Positions 49,700-64,000 of a stretch of DNA of 64,000 nucleotides are shown piece by piece. The position numbers and the translations under genes were made by a program. The stretch covers positions 75,764,001 through 75,828,000 of the forward strand of contig NC_042998.1 of assembly GCF_006345805.1 (NCBI RefSeq). The letters run 5' to 3'. The notes under the pieces are model-generated. The model did no database searches and had not been told where the DNA came from. It worked only from the letters and a program-made list of their open reading frames with translations. This DNA comes from Octopus sinensis (taxonomy: Eukaryota). Each line of letters begins with the position of its first letter. Positions within the stretch are counted from its first letter, which is position 1.

Positions 49700-50040
49700 T
49701 TACTGTCGAAGAGCGTAGGCTCTAAACGTAAAAGACTTTCTCATTTCCCCAGCGTTAAACTAATACGTCGGTTTGTTATTTACACACTCGTCTTCGTCTT
49801 TTGTTTCTTTGTAAATTCTCACAACATATATATATATATATATATACTTTTTTATTAAAGCTGCAAAAAAGCATCACAAAAAACTGTTACTCAGAGTTTC
49901 ACGTTCCCGTTAGCGTTTCCAGTTGTGATGGAAACGCGAAACTGAATTTGTTGTTTCCTGCAGCTTTAATAAAAGTGCATATTACTCTCCCTTCATATTT
50001 GAGTACTATGTTTTCCATCTTGTTTTGCATTTATGTGCTT
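49700..50040. repeat. Short repeat-derived segment with an inverted 16-bp motif, possibly Penelope-terminal sequence
   Basis: ttttattaaagctgca (~49851) and tgcagctttaataaaa (~49958) are inverted. The family assignment is from recall only. Confidence 0.35.
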
Positions 50041-50051
50041 ACTTTTGTGTA

Positions 50052-50125
<74 letters not shown>

Positions 50126-50624
50126 ATCGCTTTCGCTGTTCTTCAGCACTCTAAACCGTTATTTGTTGTACTCATTACAATCAAATAAAATCAACTTGAA
50201 ACTATTGGTCAAAATCTTTGATAAAAAGTGCATTATACCATTTAAATGAACGAGGTTATGCTCACATGACAAAAGCAGCCTATATTTGGAAATACATGAA
50301 AAGAAACTTATAAGTGCAAATAACTTATCTTCAATTTTATATCAATTTTCACCTATCAAGAAAAATATGTGAATTATTGTTTCTCTTTAATAGCGTCTGT
50401 AATCTTTACTAACAAGCAATGTGAATAATAAACTATATTTAAATACTAATATTAATATCTTTCTATCTCTTATCTTTTTCCATTTCTCTCTCTCCCACTC
50501 TCTGAGAGATATGTGTGTATGAACATGGGTGCTGTATGTGTGTGTGTATATGTGTGTATGTCTGTAGCAGATACATGTGCATATGTGCAATTTATATTCA
50601 CTCAATATAAATTTTAGCTAATAC

Positions 50625-51465
50625 AGGTGCATTTATGAGGTCTCGAACTAGTTATGTTTAATAAAAAATAACTTATGTAACTAACTTTTAACATCATCTC
50701 CTTTGAAATAGTCAACCTGTGCAGCAATAGACTGGTCCCAGCGTTCCAGCATTTTTGGAATCGAGCCTGGAAATCGTATTCTGTATGTGAGTCGAGGACC
50801 TTCTGTGATTCGCTTTTGGACTCGACAACGGTGTTAAAACATCGACCTTTTGCGCTACAAGAGATGGAAGTCCGCAGGTGCTAAATCTGGCGAATAAGGT
50901 GAGTGTGGAAGCGATACCATGTTAGTTTTGACGAGAAATTCACGAGTGAGGAGAGCTTGATGACAAGTTGCATTGTTGTTGTGAAGAATCCGAACATTAG
51001 GATTACCCGCACGGACCCATACGACAGGCTAACAATATCAGCAATGTCGTTGGTAATCCTCCAACGATCCTAATGCACAAGCTGATGAATTTTCTCCACA
51101 TTTTCGGGATGACACTCGTGGCAGGTCTTCCAGATCGCTCGTCGTCTTCCAGGAACGTACTTCCGCTTTTGTAGCGCCCGTTCCACTTAAAACATTGCAT
51201 ACGACCCATTGCCTCGTCGGCATAAGATTGCCGAAGCATGTTCAATGTCTCTGTAACAGACGTCCCGAGTAGTTTTACACAACATTTCCTGTCCATGACA
51301 AAAAACGCAGACTACAGCATACACGTAATCACAAAAACACAAATTTCAGAACTTGCAGAGTAAACAGATCGATGTCACTCGGCAAATTACCTCATGATGG
51401 CCATTGCTAGCTTTCACTGCATACAAAACCGGGTGCTACCATCTGTTGGCACACTACAAAACTTT
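50625..51465 (-). mobile_element. Internally deleted mariner transposon
   Basis: ORF 51003-51296 MDRKCCVKLL..SVTETLNMLRQSYADEAMGRMQCFKW..FLEDDERSGRP (HTH) joins directly to LHHNNATCH..PHSPYSPDLAPADFHL. The central catalytic part is missing. Confidence 0.9.
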
Positions 51466-51887
51466 TTTATGTATGTTTAGTGAAAAGTGTTTAAGTTGCA
51501 ATAGAACATGCATTAAACAGCGAATATACCACACTTAACCCTGCATCTATTTAATATTCCCTCACTCAAGTAATATTCCCTCTTTACAATCTATTCCAAT
51601 TGATGCATTTGGTTTGAACTCTGAAAAGTAAATATTATATAATAATCAATTCCTCTTTCGGTGTTACTTGTTTTTAGTAATTATTGTAGAAATACATTTT
51701 CCAAGTCAGAGCAATCCCGTTTTGACAGTTTAATTCCAAGTGAAGAAAGGGCAGGTGAAAGGCATAGATCCTCATTAAATGCAAATACAAATAATGATAA
51801 AATTTCTGTTTCAATGAAATCTTATGAGATTAAATGAAACATTCCCATGCATGCATTTGTACAACATCTATGTGTGTGTGTTTGTAT

Positions 51888-51925
<38 letters not shown>

Positions 51926-52299
51926 CACCCTGTATATATACATGTATATACACACACACACACGTGTGTGTGTGTGTGTATGTGTGTGTGTAATTTATCG
52001 CTACAGATTTTCTATAGAATTTAGAGCCCGCACTGAATGTTACGAATATATATGAATATATAATTTGGTATTTTACATTTCAGTATGTTTGCCTTGTTTT
52101 CAAATTAGCGTAAATTTTCTTTGGAAGTCATAGATTTGCCTGGCCTTAATATTTCTGCTACGACCAGAACACAAATAGTGGTTCTTCGTGGGGAAACATA
52201 CAGGCATCATCAGATTTGCGGCCCAGCTGGAATATTTACTAATACAGTAATACGATCGGTTAAATGAATCTGAGATTCGGACTACTTTCACTTTTGAGC

Positions 52300-52740
52300 A
52301 CCTAAAGTATCTCTACAAGAATACACCAAGATATTGTAATTAAAAAAGAAAAATTCATATGACAGTTTCATTGCAGTATAAGTTGAACTACCATCAAAGA
52401 GGAAGCAACTGTACAATATATGGAAAATACGTAATCTACAATTGTTTGGTATCAGGACAAGGGGCTTGCATGTCTACCATAAAACCACCAAAACAAATTT
52501 ATCAACGAAATGCAACAAAGATAGGAAGCAATTTTGCCATCAATAAAAAAAAAAATGGACAGTACAGCGCTAGCCCTACATTCTTCTCCAGAACATTTTT
52601 TCGTTGTCTATCAAGACGAAATATGGGAACTTGTACCTGGTCGTTCGACCTGCTAGAAATAGAAATCAAGTTCCTTTTAAATTGCAGCCTACTGGCTCAA
52701 AAATTGGACATACTGAAAATGTAGAGTATGTTTGAAAAGA
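52300..52740 (+). mobile_element. Decayed Penelope-like RT N-terminal region
   Basis: DIVIKK (=DIVIKxADKG) and a frameshifted PGRFDLLEI (=PGRFYLLPKIHK). Confidence 0.45.
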
Positions 52741-54909
52741 TAGGATAATACACGGTTACAACGCTTTTGATCATACATATACTTGAATAGAACTAAACAG
52801 CACTGAAATAATTGAAGATTCTTGCCGTAATACTATCTCAGTATTTTTTATATGAAACCTTTGTGATTACTTTATCAAAATAAGTACCTTCATATCAGTT
52901 TATTTATGATGTCTTCAAGTTTTTGCAGTAACAATTACTTCTGGGGATTTTCCTGAAATTGCAGTTAAAATCAGCTTAATCTATTTAAAAAGATAATTTG
53001 TTATCTATTGATTTTTAAGCAAGTTTTCCAATTGTATAAATATCATCGAATAAATATTTGCGATAAACCTCCGGTGAGATACGCATGTTTACGAAAGCAT
53101 GCCACTAGATAGTCAAATAGATACTAGAAGAATAAAATAGCAAAACAATAAATATAATTCAAATAATTATAAAATAAATTGAAATAATATTAAGTTCTTT
53201 TATAATCCGTTACGGTATACTCGTATTAGAACACATCTCCGAGGAACTTTAATTGATTTTCATATCAGCCAGTTCAAAGTAAAGGTATAGTCATTATTTC
53301 ATTCATGAAATTTAAAGCAAATATTTTATAAATTATATTTTCTATGTATATTATCAAATATTAGGGAAAAGTTAAGTCTTTTGAAGGTTCAAAGAACAAA
53401 GATGATAAAACATATTAGTTGCTGTTTTGAACATTTGAAAATTTGTTTCCTAATTATTACTTTGTTAACATTTATCTATGAATAAATTAATTTACCTTAT
53501 AAGAATTTTCGTTAATTAACTTGTTTTGCTTTCAAAAAGAGGTTATAATCCTAACATATATGAAGGATAACGTATTCCACTAATGAGCAGTATACATCTG
53601 CTAGGAATTGAAAGATCGAATTCAAATGTGAGAGCCATTCAAGTGTCATACCATAATCAATAAAGCGCTTTCAAATGATTTATAGTTTACAATAAAATAA
53701 ATTTTATTTTACACTTAAATACATACATTGTTGTTTAAACCCTGGCTAACTCTGGTTAAGGAGATCTATGATCAAAAGAGTATTTTCCATGACCTTCCCG
53801 GTTTTTTTCTTTTACCTAGGATTACATGTTCAATGCGTTTGCATTAAGGTGTGATTTGAAAACTTGCTTGCTATTTCTAGCACGTCGAGTGACCGCGTAG
53901 AGGGTTCCTAGTTGACTCGCTTAGACATAAAATAGAGCTGCGTATAAAATTCTTATCAACTCACTTCTATACAAATGCGAAATATTATTTTTGATTCACT
54001 ATTAGTTTTTCTGGCGTCCGAATACATTTACTGAAAGAGGTTGCTAAAAAGGAAATTTCTGACGGATATGTTCTGGAAATAAACATGAAGCAATGAATCA
54101 AGCTGGTAGATTTCATAAGAAATTTCTTTTAAATGGAAGCAACAAAGTATTAGGAATATTTTGGTTGATTGATTCGTGCACTGTTTAGTTTATTTAATGG
54201 GTGGTATAGCATGTCAGAAAACCATAAGCAGACAATTCCAAAGCTCTTTGGGAGAGAAATTATTGTACAAGTATTTAATGCATGTTGGTGCGTAGTGGAT
54301 AACTTCTACGAAAGTAAATATTTGTTTCTTTCCATAGATTTCCAATATCTGCTGATTGGGTGTTTATTTTCCCTTTCTTTAACATTAAACTGGTAGGAAA
54401 CAAAATTCCTTCTTGATAGGATACAAACCTATCACAATTGACTTTTCAGGCAGATCAAAACTAACTCAGTATTATAGTTCAATTCTTCACTCAAGAATGT
54501 ACCACATCTTGCAAAAATGTCACCTAAAATGCTTTAGGCCGTACATGGGTAGAGTACGGAATCCGGAACCATGTAGTTGGGCAGCAAGCTTCTTATTACA
54601 CAGCCATATTGTTTTCAGAGAAGATAATCCTATTTCTCATTCGGAAATATATTCTATTTTTCTGATGTCTAAGTATTGCATGATGGATTTGCTTTCTTTT
54701 TATTATTTCCGTAGTTTTGCTATTATCACGTTGTTTCATTGCATTCTCACGCGAACCTCCGAGTAACTTGGGCACGTGCAGCGATTTGTTTTTACCTGTA
54801 TTTTATCTTTTGTATACAGATTAGTCTCCGTAATGCAAGGAATGTTTTTTGTACTATGTGATAGAGTGATGTTCTTTATATATATTTACTCTTTTGCTCA
54901 TTTTTTACT

Positions 54910-55270
54910 CTTTATACGTTTCATTCATTTGACTGCGGCCATCCCGGAGCACCGCCTTTGATCGATGAAATCGACCTCAGGATTTTTCTTTGTAAACCTA
55001 GTACTCATTCTATCGATCTATTTTGTGGAACCGCTAATTTACGGGGACATGAACACGCCAACATCCATTGTCAAGCGATGGTGGGGGGACAAACACAGGC
55101 ACAAAGACACACATAAATATATACGCATCAGTTTCTATCTACCAAATCCAATCACAAGGCCTTGGTCGGACCGAGGTTATAGTAGAAAACACCACCGAAG
55201 GTGCCACGTAGTGGGCCTGAACCTGGAAACATGGGGTTGGGAAGCAAGCTTCTTACTACACAGCTACGCC
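54910..55270 (-). mobile_element. Family B SINE; a head fragment also lies at 54540-54605
   Basis: cattcatttgactgcggccatcccggagcaccgcc..ggtgccacgtagtgggcctgaacc..cttcttactacacagctacgcc. Confidence 0.85.
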
Positions 55271-55409
55271 TTTAAGATTATTCAATAGCATCTCTATATT
55301 TTTGATATTGACAATATTAGAAATATGCTTCGTTCTGAATAATAAATCCAAAGTCTCTTAAATACGCTACAGGAGCAATGAAGTCATCTGATAAGCAAAT
55401 GGTGCTGTG

Positions 55410-55496
<87 letters not shown>
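55410..55496. repeat. (TA)n microsatellite
   Basis: Seen directly. Confidence 0.97.
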
Positions 55497-55500
<4 letters not shown>

Positions 55501-57759
55501 GTAATGGTTCATTCACTGCTCTAAGTAATTTCAGAAGTCACAGGTAACTAGTTACAGAATATTTTTCTAACCTTAACACATTTCCTGCGTTGAAAGAAGT
55601 TAATCTTTGAAATTTCACAATACTTTTTCAAAAATACCAAATGTTGATCGAACCTTTTCAAGCAAGATACTATCAAACGCATTTTAGGGAACTAGGCACA
55701 TGACATGACAAACGAAACCGAAGTATTTACGTTGTAGCTTTCAATTTTATTTGTAATAGCTGACCGTGTCTTACTAAGTCATTGTTGTAAATTACTTAAA
55801 CTGTTCTGTACGAAATGCAGCATTGTTTCATACAAAATATATTCACACTATTAACAGGGTAACAGGATTTTTATCCTTGGGTAGCAACTGTTATTTCCTA
55901 TTTGCTTACCTCTAGAAAGTATTAAAAAATTATTAATATTCCCTTCAAACGTTACATTTGTTACATTTATTCAAACCCCATAGAATCCCTCTCAACACAT
56001 GACTTTGATGGTCTCCAACAACTCATGTTCATGATCAGAGATGCACATATTATCAGCCACTAAGTGACATGCTCAAGTAGTTATGGTCAGGCAACTTACA
56101 AGTAAATCTGTGGTATTGAGCAGAATATTTACTACAACGCTATTTGTGCTCCAACAACTCAGAGCTGAATCTGCCTGAAATGTAACGGAAAATAGATCAG
56201 TTTCAAAACATTGATATCCAGGTCACAAAAGCAACGTTTGAAGAGAATATGTATCTTTTCTTTTGATTTCTAGATAGAAGTAAATAGGAAATAATACTTA
56301 CTGACCAAAGACAAAAAAAATTAAATTTCGTTATACAGTGTAATAGATATCACATGTTAAACAATAAAGGTCGGTCGTTTTTAACGTCCGAGTCAAAATA
56401 ATTTCATATAAACAGAACCAGGTAATCTTCCACTGTTCAAACATATTTTCAAAGTAAAATTCTTAATGTCTCATTATGTACAAAATCTAGATAAAAAAAA
56501 CTATCTGGTTCAGTGGTACGTTTCCTTTTTTAATTTCCGCAAAACGGAATATTACTGTATCATCAATGTATATGTCATTCAATTATGCAGTATTTTGTTC
56601 TCAAATATTGTAAAGGATGTTGGTATTGCCAACATTTAGTCGAGAAGCAAAATACTGGTTAAAGGCATTTGCTTTTTATCATTATCACAGATCTATTCAC
56701 ATACGTATTATGGATGAGATAAATGCTATATTTAAGAAAAAATTCTTATTGTCTTTAGATTTTAGAAGAAAAATTTCTTTTTCCAAAAATATTCAACTTA
56801 TCATTGAACTTAATTTCTTGCTATAGGCATATGAATTCAATTTTAAAATTTTTCCCAAGATTATATGTGTTATTTATAAAATGCCGATTTAAGATAACCA
56901 CGGTTTTTTGAGAATTCTCAAGCCTATAGCTTGATATACTTATCTGTAAATAATGTGAACATATAATAGAACAATTCAAAATATTCATTTATAGATTCTT
57001 CTGAATCAAGAAATTAGATATTCCAGTCCATTCCACGCAAATAACAATCTATGAAAATCATCTTTACGGAAATAAATTACATGAAGTAGTATTACTATCA
57101 AGTTGTTATAAAAACATTTTACATTTGTCTGGGCATGCAGTTTAACCCAATAATGTATATGTTTACATCGTAATAGAGTATTTATGTCGTATTGATTACT
57201 AGGGTGGTGGAATTGGTGAAGCATTAAAGCGTCGAGGAAATGTTTTTCGGTATTTCTTTTATGTTTTTATATTGATTTCAAATTTCACTGAGATCAACTT
57301 AGTCTTTTTATTCCGCGGGGATCAATAAAGTGCCAACCAAGTACTCTGTTGTTGGTACTGATTAACCCTAACCCGTCAAAATTGTTAAACTTTTACCTAA
57401 ATCAGAAACAATTGTCATCAGATTGATTGCGATTGTTGCCATTAGTTGAAAGAGTTAGACGAAATAAGCCAGACGTTTCCAGCAAAAAGATAGTTTGAAT
57501 TATTGTTGCTAATTGAAATAGGGTGGTCGGGAAAACAAAATCCACTAGATTTTCAGATTCGTGTATACTTCAGGAAAAATTGGTGTAAATTTTGCTGAAG
57601 AGTGAAGTTCAAAAAGTCAGCTTGAAAATTACTATAGTTAAAATGTTTGAGCAAATCATTTTCGGGGGGATTAAAGTCCTCAATAATAAGAATCTCAAGT
57701 TATAACCTAAATTTGAAAAAGAGACTGCTTAACTTCTATTGAAGTAAATAGATCGCGAA

Positions 57760-58110
57760 GAAATTGGGTGCACTATAAATTACAGCCAGATTCATATGTT
57801 TTACGTCTTCCAAACAATGATATCTGTCCAACAGTACTAAAAAAATCAGTTGGTTCCAAAAGGATATCAACCGATTTTACAAGATCTTTCTTTCTTCTAT
57901 TCTCAAGAATTCCATCTGTGCCCATATTTTCCAATAGTGGTCAACTAACAGCTTTTCTTAGTAGAATATGATCAATACCAACCCCACAGATCTCAGAGGT
58001 TTTTCAAAGGCCGTAAATGCAACATCTTCCTCCTGAACAAACCAATAACAAGATTCTCTGTCCCTTGAACAGCTGTTTTGGTATTCTTCCAAGTGCCTTT
58101 ACTTTCGTGT
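57760..58110 (-). mobile_element. Possible RTE-like LINE 3' relic
   Basis: Weak ERKIL..I.. and WRRxxxYELxxIY-like segments in minus frames. Confidence 0.3.
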
Positions 58111-59518
58111 CGGCCCAAATCCAAATACAATATCTTTCATTTCTGACTATGGAATTTATTCTTTATATTTTCCATCCTTTTCGTGTTTTGATGCTCATCC
58201 TTATGTTTCTCTATAGCAATATTGATTATATTATTTATTTATTTATTTATTTTTTGCTGTACACATAAACTTCTCTTCACTTTCTCTCTCATATTTTCCC
58301 AGTACCATAACTACCAAATGCGCAGTGCCTATAATATTAAATGACCCACATATAGCTCTACTCTCTTGTCTTCCTGTTTATAGCCTACCTTTGGAAAAAG
58401 GAAGAGAAGTTGCGTTTGCATAACTGAAATTTTATCATTTTGGAAAAGTGCTATACGACAGCGAATGCCAAGAAATATAGACGAAATAGAGATTACATGG
58501 GATATATTTATAATGGGCACGAAAATCAAGAAACGAAAGCAATCGTCGAGTTTTGGAGATAGCAGAGAGGGAGGAAGAAATATGTAGGATAAATTGTGGT
58601 AAGAGAAAATGGTGGATCCATTCACTCATTCTTTCTCTAATTTCATTTTGTTACTGTCCCTATTACGAACATGTCTAAGGCGGCGAGCTAGCAGAACCGT
58701 TACCGCACCGGAAAATTGCTTATTGCTTAACCCACATTGCAATATGAGTCAGAGGTGAGAGCAGTAACATCAAATTTCTTAATTCATTAAACACCAGGCG
58801 CAAGTCCAGAATAAACCTCACGGGACTGACCTTGTTTGGTTGTAGCCCAATAACCTAAACCGGTTAAAGAGCAATATGTGTGCGTCTTATATATATAGAG
58901 AGAGAAGATTTGTCCGAAATTTCTATTTTTTGCTTTCCACGTTGACAAGTATCTTTATTAAACGATACGTTATAGTTATGAACGTTTCAAGTGTTGCCTA
59001 GTTATCAATTTCTTGAGATAAACTAATTAAAAACAGTAGGTTTAATAAATCATGTAAACATTGTTGAAACTTCATAATTTCGTCACATTTCAACACAATG
59101 CTTAATTATTTTACTGTTGCAAATAGAGGCTACTTTGTATTGGTTGAAATGACAGAATTCACGTTTTGTTCTACAGTTATATGTGGAATCAGTAGAAGCT
59201 TATGTGGAGGAATTAAATTTGACGTATCTATGCTACTTTTTTGCATTTTTCAAACAAATCTCAATGGGATGCTATATTCCGTTCTTCTTTCTATCAGCAT
59301 ATTATTTACTTTTTACATCAAAAGATAAAATGTCATTTTACGATCGATATAAAAAAAAAAAGTTTAGCTGAATCACACTACGTTTAAGCTTTTACTGCCG
59401 ATTGATTTAATGTTTTGAAACTCAATGACATTTAGCAAACGATATATATTGAAAAGACTTCAAAACACGACACAGTGATATTCCGTGGAGAAAACTAAAT
59501 CTGCTGAGAATGTACAAA

Positions 59519-59672
59519 TGTGTGTGTGTATGTGTGTGTGTATGTGTGTGTGTGTATGTGTGTGTGCGCGTGTGTGTGTGCGCGCGCGCGTGTGTGTGTG
59601 CGCGCGCGTGTGTGTGTGTGCGTGTGTGTGTGCGTGCGTGTGTGCGTGTGTGTGTGTGTGTGCGTGTGTGTG
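59519..59672. repeat. Alternating purine-pyrimidine (GT/GC)n tract
   Basis: Seen directly. It includes cgcgcgcgcg runs. Confidence 0.97.
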
Positions 59673-60594
59673 ATTCATTAACTTTTACAGAAACATTGCG
59701 CGGCTGAATCTTTATCATAGTGAATAATAAATTATATTTGTACCAGAATAACTGTGTAAATCCTAACATGATTTTGTACATCCTAAAATACTGATTGAGT
59801 CATTTTCTTTAGCCACAAAATTCTATTCCTTATCTGCAAAGCCATTTGAATTATTAAAATAAGTATGTGACATATTCATACATTATTAGTGTTGTTTGTT
59901 ATTACTCAAATGAAAAGACTGAAAAGTGAATAAAATTACCTATCTTCTTTACTTGTAATAATCATTTCAATAAATCAGACATATGTATGATATTTTATCA
60001 AATCAATTCTTAGAAATGTGTATTTTATCAAATAGATGCCATCTTGTAACTATAACTTAATCTAGCAAGAATGATGACATATTCTTCCTCGTCCTTCTCC
60101 TCTTTCTTACGTACAGGAATTTCTAGATTATCGTATTCATTATTCAAATTAGATGCTAGGACTCATTAGATTTTAACTTTCTGGCAACGTTTTATTGATT
60201 ATTATAATAGTTTTCAAGATTAAATGCTACTTTTACTTTGTGAATAGTAGAAACTTAACGGAAATACAAATATATTTACTTATATGTAAAGCAAATGCTT
60301 CAAACACGTTAACATGCAATGTATTTAAATATTTAAAGATAAAATCAGCTTCGGGCTAGGTAGGCTTTTACTTTTCGTTTTTAAATATAATTAAAATGTC
60401 TCTTTTAAACAAAATGAAAAAAGATTCCAAGCAAAAATCGTAACAGCTAAATATCTTACATTACAGTTTAAGTTGCTGGGATTTTGGTATGGTAAATTAA
60501 TCGATTTATTTCTGTTGGGCAGCTAACGTGGCATAATTCAATCCAATGCATAAGAGCAATAACAATTATTAAGATATATGTATATATATATATT

Positions 60595-60865
60595 GTTTGT
60601 TCCTTCTCGAGCCACGCCAGGCTCATAAGGGTCGGTTTCCCGGTTTCCTTGGCGTATAGGTTCCCCACCTAAACTGGACGCCGGTATGTCGCAGGTGAGC
60701 TGCAAGATGCTGGAGGAAACAGTGGTGAAAGAGTCAGCAGAAGTTCGGCATTACCTTCTGTCGGAGCCGCGTGGAGCTTAGGTGTTTCACTCATAAACAC
60801 ACACATCGAACCCACGATCCCTCGACCGCGAGTCCGCTGCTCTAACTACTAGGCCATATGCCTCC
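60595..60865 (-). mobile_element. tRNA-derived SINE (family C-related head)
   Basis: The reverse-complement head ggaggcatatggcctagtagttagagcagcggactcgcggtcgagggatcgtgggttcga has an A box and a B box. It shares ccggtttcccggtttc with the 62657 copy. Confidence 0.8.
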
Positions 60866-61028
<163 letters not shown>

Positions 61029-62606
61029 TGCATACAAACATACATAAATGATATCAAAAGTATATAATTCTAAATATATCTCCAAATATTGCTTTATATT
61101 TATACAAATACATGTTTCTTTTAATTTTTGATGGTCTTGTCTGTGTAGATAACACCGAAGGAAATCTTTGCTGTGTCAACTGTGAGAGTGTTAATGCACC
61201 TATAACTTCTTCGAGAAATTAAGGAGCTCCTTCGGCAGCCATCGTTGGAGTTTCAACGCCGTTGCTTGGCTTGCTAAATATAGCAGCCAAATCTCCGTCA
61301 AAGTATCATTTATCATCGGAGAAAAGAACGACGCATAGGATAATATAGTGGGAGATACAGGGTGTTTCGAAAGGATAGAATGGCCACTACGAAAATGAGG
61401 ATCTAAACAACAGCAAGACGTTAGCAAATTTATCAACCTCCGCTTAACAGACAGATATTTCTGATGCAAATGGAAACTGATATATTCAATTCATCTGAAT
61501 GGTCATGTTAGAAACAGAAATCTTAAAATTTTGTTTGTATAATTAGTTTCCTAGAAACATATTCACAGAGAATAATAATGATTTGTGAAATAAACGCAAA
61601 TTTATAAATCGTTCAGTCACACGTGATTGGATTAGAGTTACTAGTATTATTAGCATAAAATGGTATTTTTATCATATTTCAGTTGAGACGTAACATCCGC
61701 AATTAATTCTGAACTACACTGTTTGGTATATTATATTTTCAATATTTCCAACATAACTTGGATTAAATGTATTTTCGTATAGCAAACTGATCATTACTTT
61801 CCATGAATTTGATTATTATTTACTTCGTGCTGCAAATAAACCATTTAAGCTTCTTATTAATTGATGTCTTGGGAAGAGAAAATCGAAATAAATATTTCAC
61901 TTCATATATTTCCTGAGGCACAAATATTTAGAAAGATTGCAATATCCAAATTTATCACATACGTGAAATCTTATTTAGTTTCAGCCAGGTATGTTCATTT
62001 TGAATTAACAGAGAGTTATTGATTATATTATGTTTTGATACACTAAAGTGATTTAACTATTTCCCACCATAGCTGAAAGGTTTTGATCGATAAAGAACTG
62101 CAAAAATAATTAATTCCATTAATTGAAGATGTTGATTAATGACTGGTTGAAAGATAATTTAAATCAGAAATCTTCTAAAAGTGTTTTTTTAATTAATTGT
62201 CTCAGTCTAATGTCTCTCTAAGGATAAAATCTAAATTTATAGATAACTTTCTATCCATATTTACAATAAGTTTTAATTTTTCATGCGTAAATTTTTCAAT
62301 TTAAAATGGAGGCTTTAAACGTGATTTTTCTATTCGTTCATTGCGTCACCAACTTATTGTCAGACCAAAAGATATATATATCGAAACGCTCCGCCAAACT
62401 TTTGGATACAGCTACTGCGTGGAGATCAAGACAGCATGCCTCTTCAGGCTGGAAATAACGGGTATTAAGAGAAGCAAATAAAATAAAATAACGGAAATGA
62501 GAATTCAGCCTATGTCACTATCTCCGAGAAAGTGAACTGCAGTGCATGGTGTTTGTACTATATACCTATATATGTATGTGTATATATATATATATATTAT
62601 ATATAT

Positions 62607-62655
<49 letters not shown>

Positions 62656-62656
62656 C

Positions 62657-62893
62657 TTTTAAAGCCTAGTCAGGTCCATGGGTCCGGTTTCCCGGTTTCT
62701 ATGGCGTATATGTTCCCCAGCTGGACTGGATGCCAGTCCATCGCAGCGTTACTCATTTTTGCCAGCTGAGTGGACTGGAGCAACGTGAAATGAAGTGTTT
62801 TGCTCCAGAACACAACGCGTCGCCCGGTCCAGGAATCGAAACCACAATCTTACGATCATGATGCTGACACCCTAACCACTAAGCCACGAGCCT

Positions 62894-62896
<3 letters not shown>
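62657..62896 (-). mobile_element. Family C SINE flanked by (TA)n and (CA)n
   Basis: catttttgccagctgagtggactggagcaacgtgaaatgaagtg..ggaatcgaaaccacaatcttacgatcatga..ctaaccactaagccacg. Confidence 0.88.
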
Positions 62897-62980
<84 letters not shown>

Positions 62981-63256
62981 GTATGTACGTATGTGTGCAT
63001 GTATTGTATTTCGGGAGGTCATTTTTTTTGCAAAATAAACACACGCACTATATATTCGTTCTTCACTCGTTTATTACTGTTCTTATTCTAACTCATGTCC
63101 ATTGTCCGGAAGCCTTTCGTCACACGTTCGTGACCTCTTCAATGACACTTTCCGTCTTCGTGTGTGCTCTTGCTCCGCTTATTCCATTCTGTTCTTCTAT
63201 AATACGTATCCTTCCTTATATGCGCATACGTTCGCTTCCGTATTTGTAAGTGTGTG

Positions 63257-63287
<31 letters not shown>

Positions 63288-63689
63288 CTGTCATTGTTCC
63301 TAGTAGCATAATGACCCTCCCCTTAGCCCCGTCCCCTCCCCTTTGTCGCTGCGGCTGCCCTAGAACCCGACTTTTGGTATTGTCCTATATCTCTCTGTGT
63401 ATGTGTGTTCATCCACGCAGCTGCCATCGTGGTAGTTGTTGTTGTTGTTGTTGTTGCTGCTGCTGCTGTTACCACTGTTGCTGTTGTTGGTCGTGTTCTG
63501 AATGCGGCTGTAGGTGAAGTTACTATTTGTGCGTGTATGTAGCTTCACTTCCTATGTTGTTTCTATCATGCTCTTTATACAGCCTTTTTTCTATCAATAT
63601 TTATTACATTTATTATAGGTATGTGCATATTTATCTATTGTGTGTGTATTGCACTGTATCTATTTTCCCTTCTGTCTTTAGTCGTCATG

Positions 63690-64000
63690 TTGTGTGGGGT
63701 GGTGTGGTGGTGGGTGTTATTGTTCCATTCATGTTTTCTGTTTAGGCTTAGGTCTGTCTATTGTTATTTTTATAGCCTCTGTGATCTAAGTGTCGTATCA
63801 GTTCTATACGTTGATAATACCTTAACATCTGTGCATTTAACCGAGCCTCTATGTTCTGCTTGAGCATGTTGGTAGAGCACTGATAAACCTTTCTCCTTTT
63901 GAGCTCTCGCCAGAGTTCACCTATACATCCCACTATACTGCGTGTTGTCTCTCCAATGTAAGTAGTTGTCATGTTTCTACACCGTCCCTCTGTACATCGT
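63690..64000 (-). mobile_element. Penelope-like GIY-YIG endonuclease C-terminus, running off the window end
   Basis: RCTEGRCRNMTTTYIGETTRS..GELWRELK; after a frameshift, QAEHRGSVKCTDVKVLSTYRTDTTLR..EAIKI..LNRKHEWN, the typical Penelope EN ending. Confidence 0.85.

Noticed and set aside
57990-58040. IYG-FEKP-like string resembling the DEAD-box (eIF4A) Q motif on the minus strand
   Set aside because: It requires frameshifts and no other helicase motifs follow; the surroundings look like decayed LINE.
59098-59371. Two overlapping hydrophobic ORFs after a ttctacag acceptor
   Set aside because: No good donor, the phase-2 frame needed to continue the host gene is closed, and hydrophobicity is expected from T-rich DNA.
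62330-62470. Exon-like segment with a polypyrimidine tract on the minus strand and open frames on the plus strand
   Set aside because: No convincing donor/acceptor pair in a consistent frame. Cannot be supported.

Overview
This is AT-rich eukaryotic DNA, mostly intronic or intergenic, with no bacterial operons, rRNA, bona fide tRNA genes or CRISPR arrays. The three tRNA-headed SINE families and the very dense (TA)n/(GT)n/(GATA)n microsatellites look like an octopus (coleoid cephalopod) genome; this is an inference from recalled repeat families, not a database match. Most recognisable sequence is decayed transposon DNA: Jockey/CR1-like, RTE, L1/Tx1 and Penelope retroelements, plus mariner, pogo, piggyBac, Helitron and possibly Merlin DNA elements. 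A probable + strand host gene is visible only as a few exon-like segments (11113-11179, ~16062-16312, 32191-32244) separated by very long introns; they encode an unidentified Cys-rich N-terminus (MGKCTCSGC...). The most notable observations are (1) a ~2.6 kb piggyBac whose transposase start codon appears to sit on a 17-nt coding mini-exon ahead of a 433-bp intron, lying in sense orientation inside the host intron, and (2) several long fold-back structures: a palindromic mariner MITE built from two 5' ends, a 331-bp palindrome, an 83-nt pre-miRNA-sized hairpin and a head-to-head SINE pair. Most long ORFs in the supplied track are microsatellite artefacts. No wholly new biological system can be established from this sequence alone. 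Element boundaries are approximate unless TIRs or TSDs are quoted.
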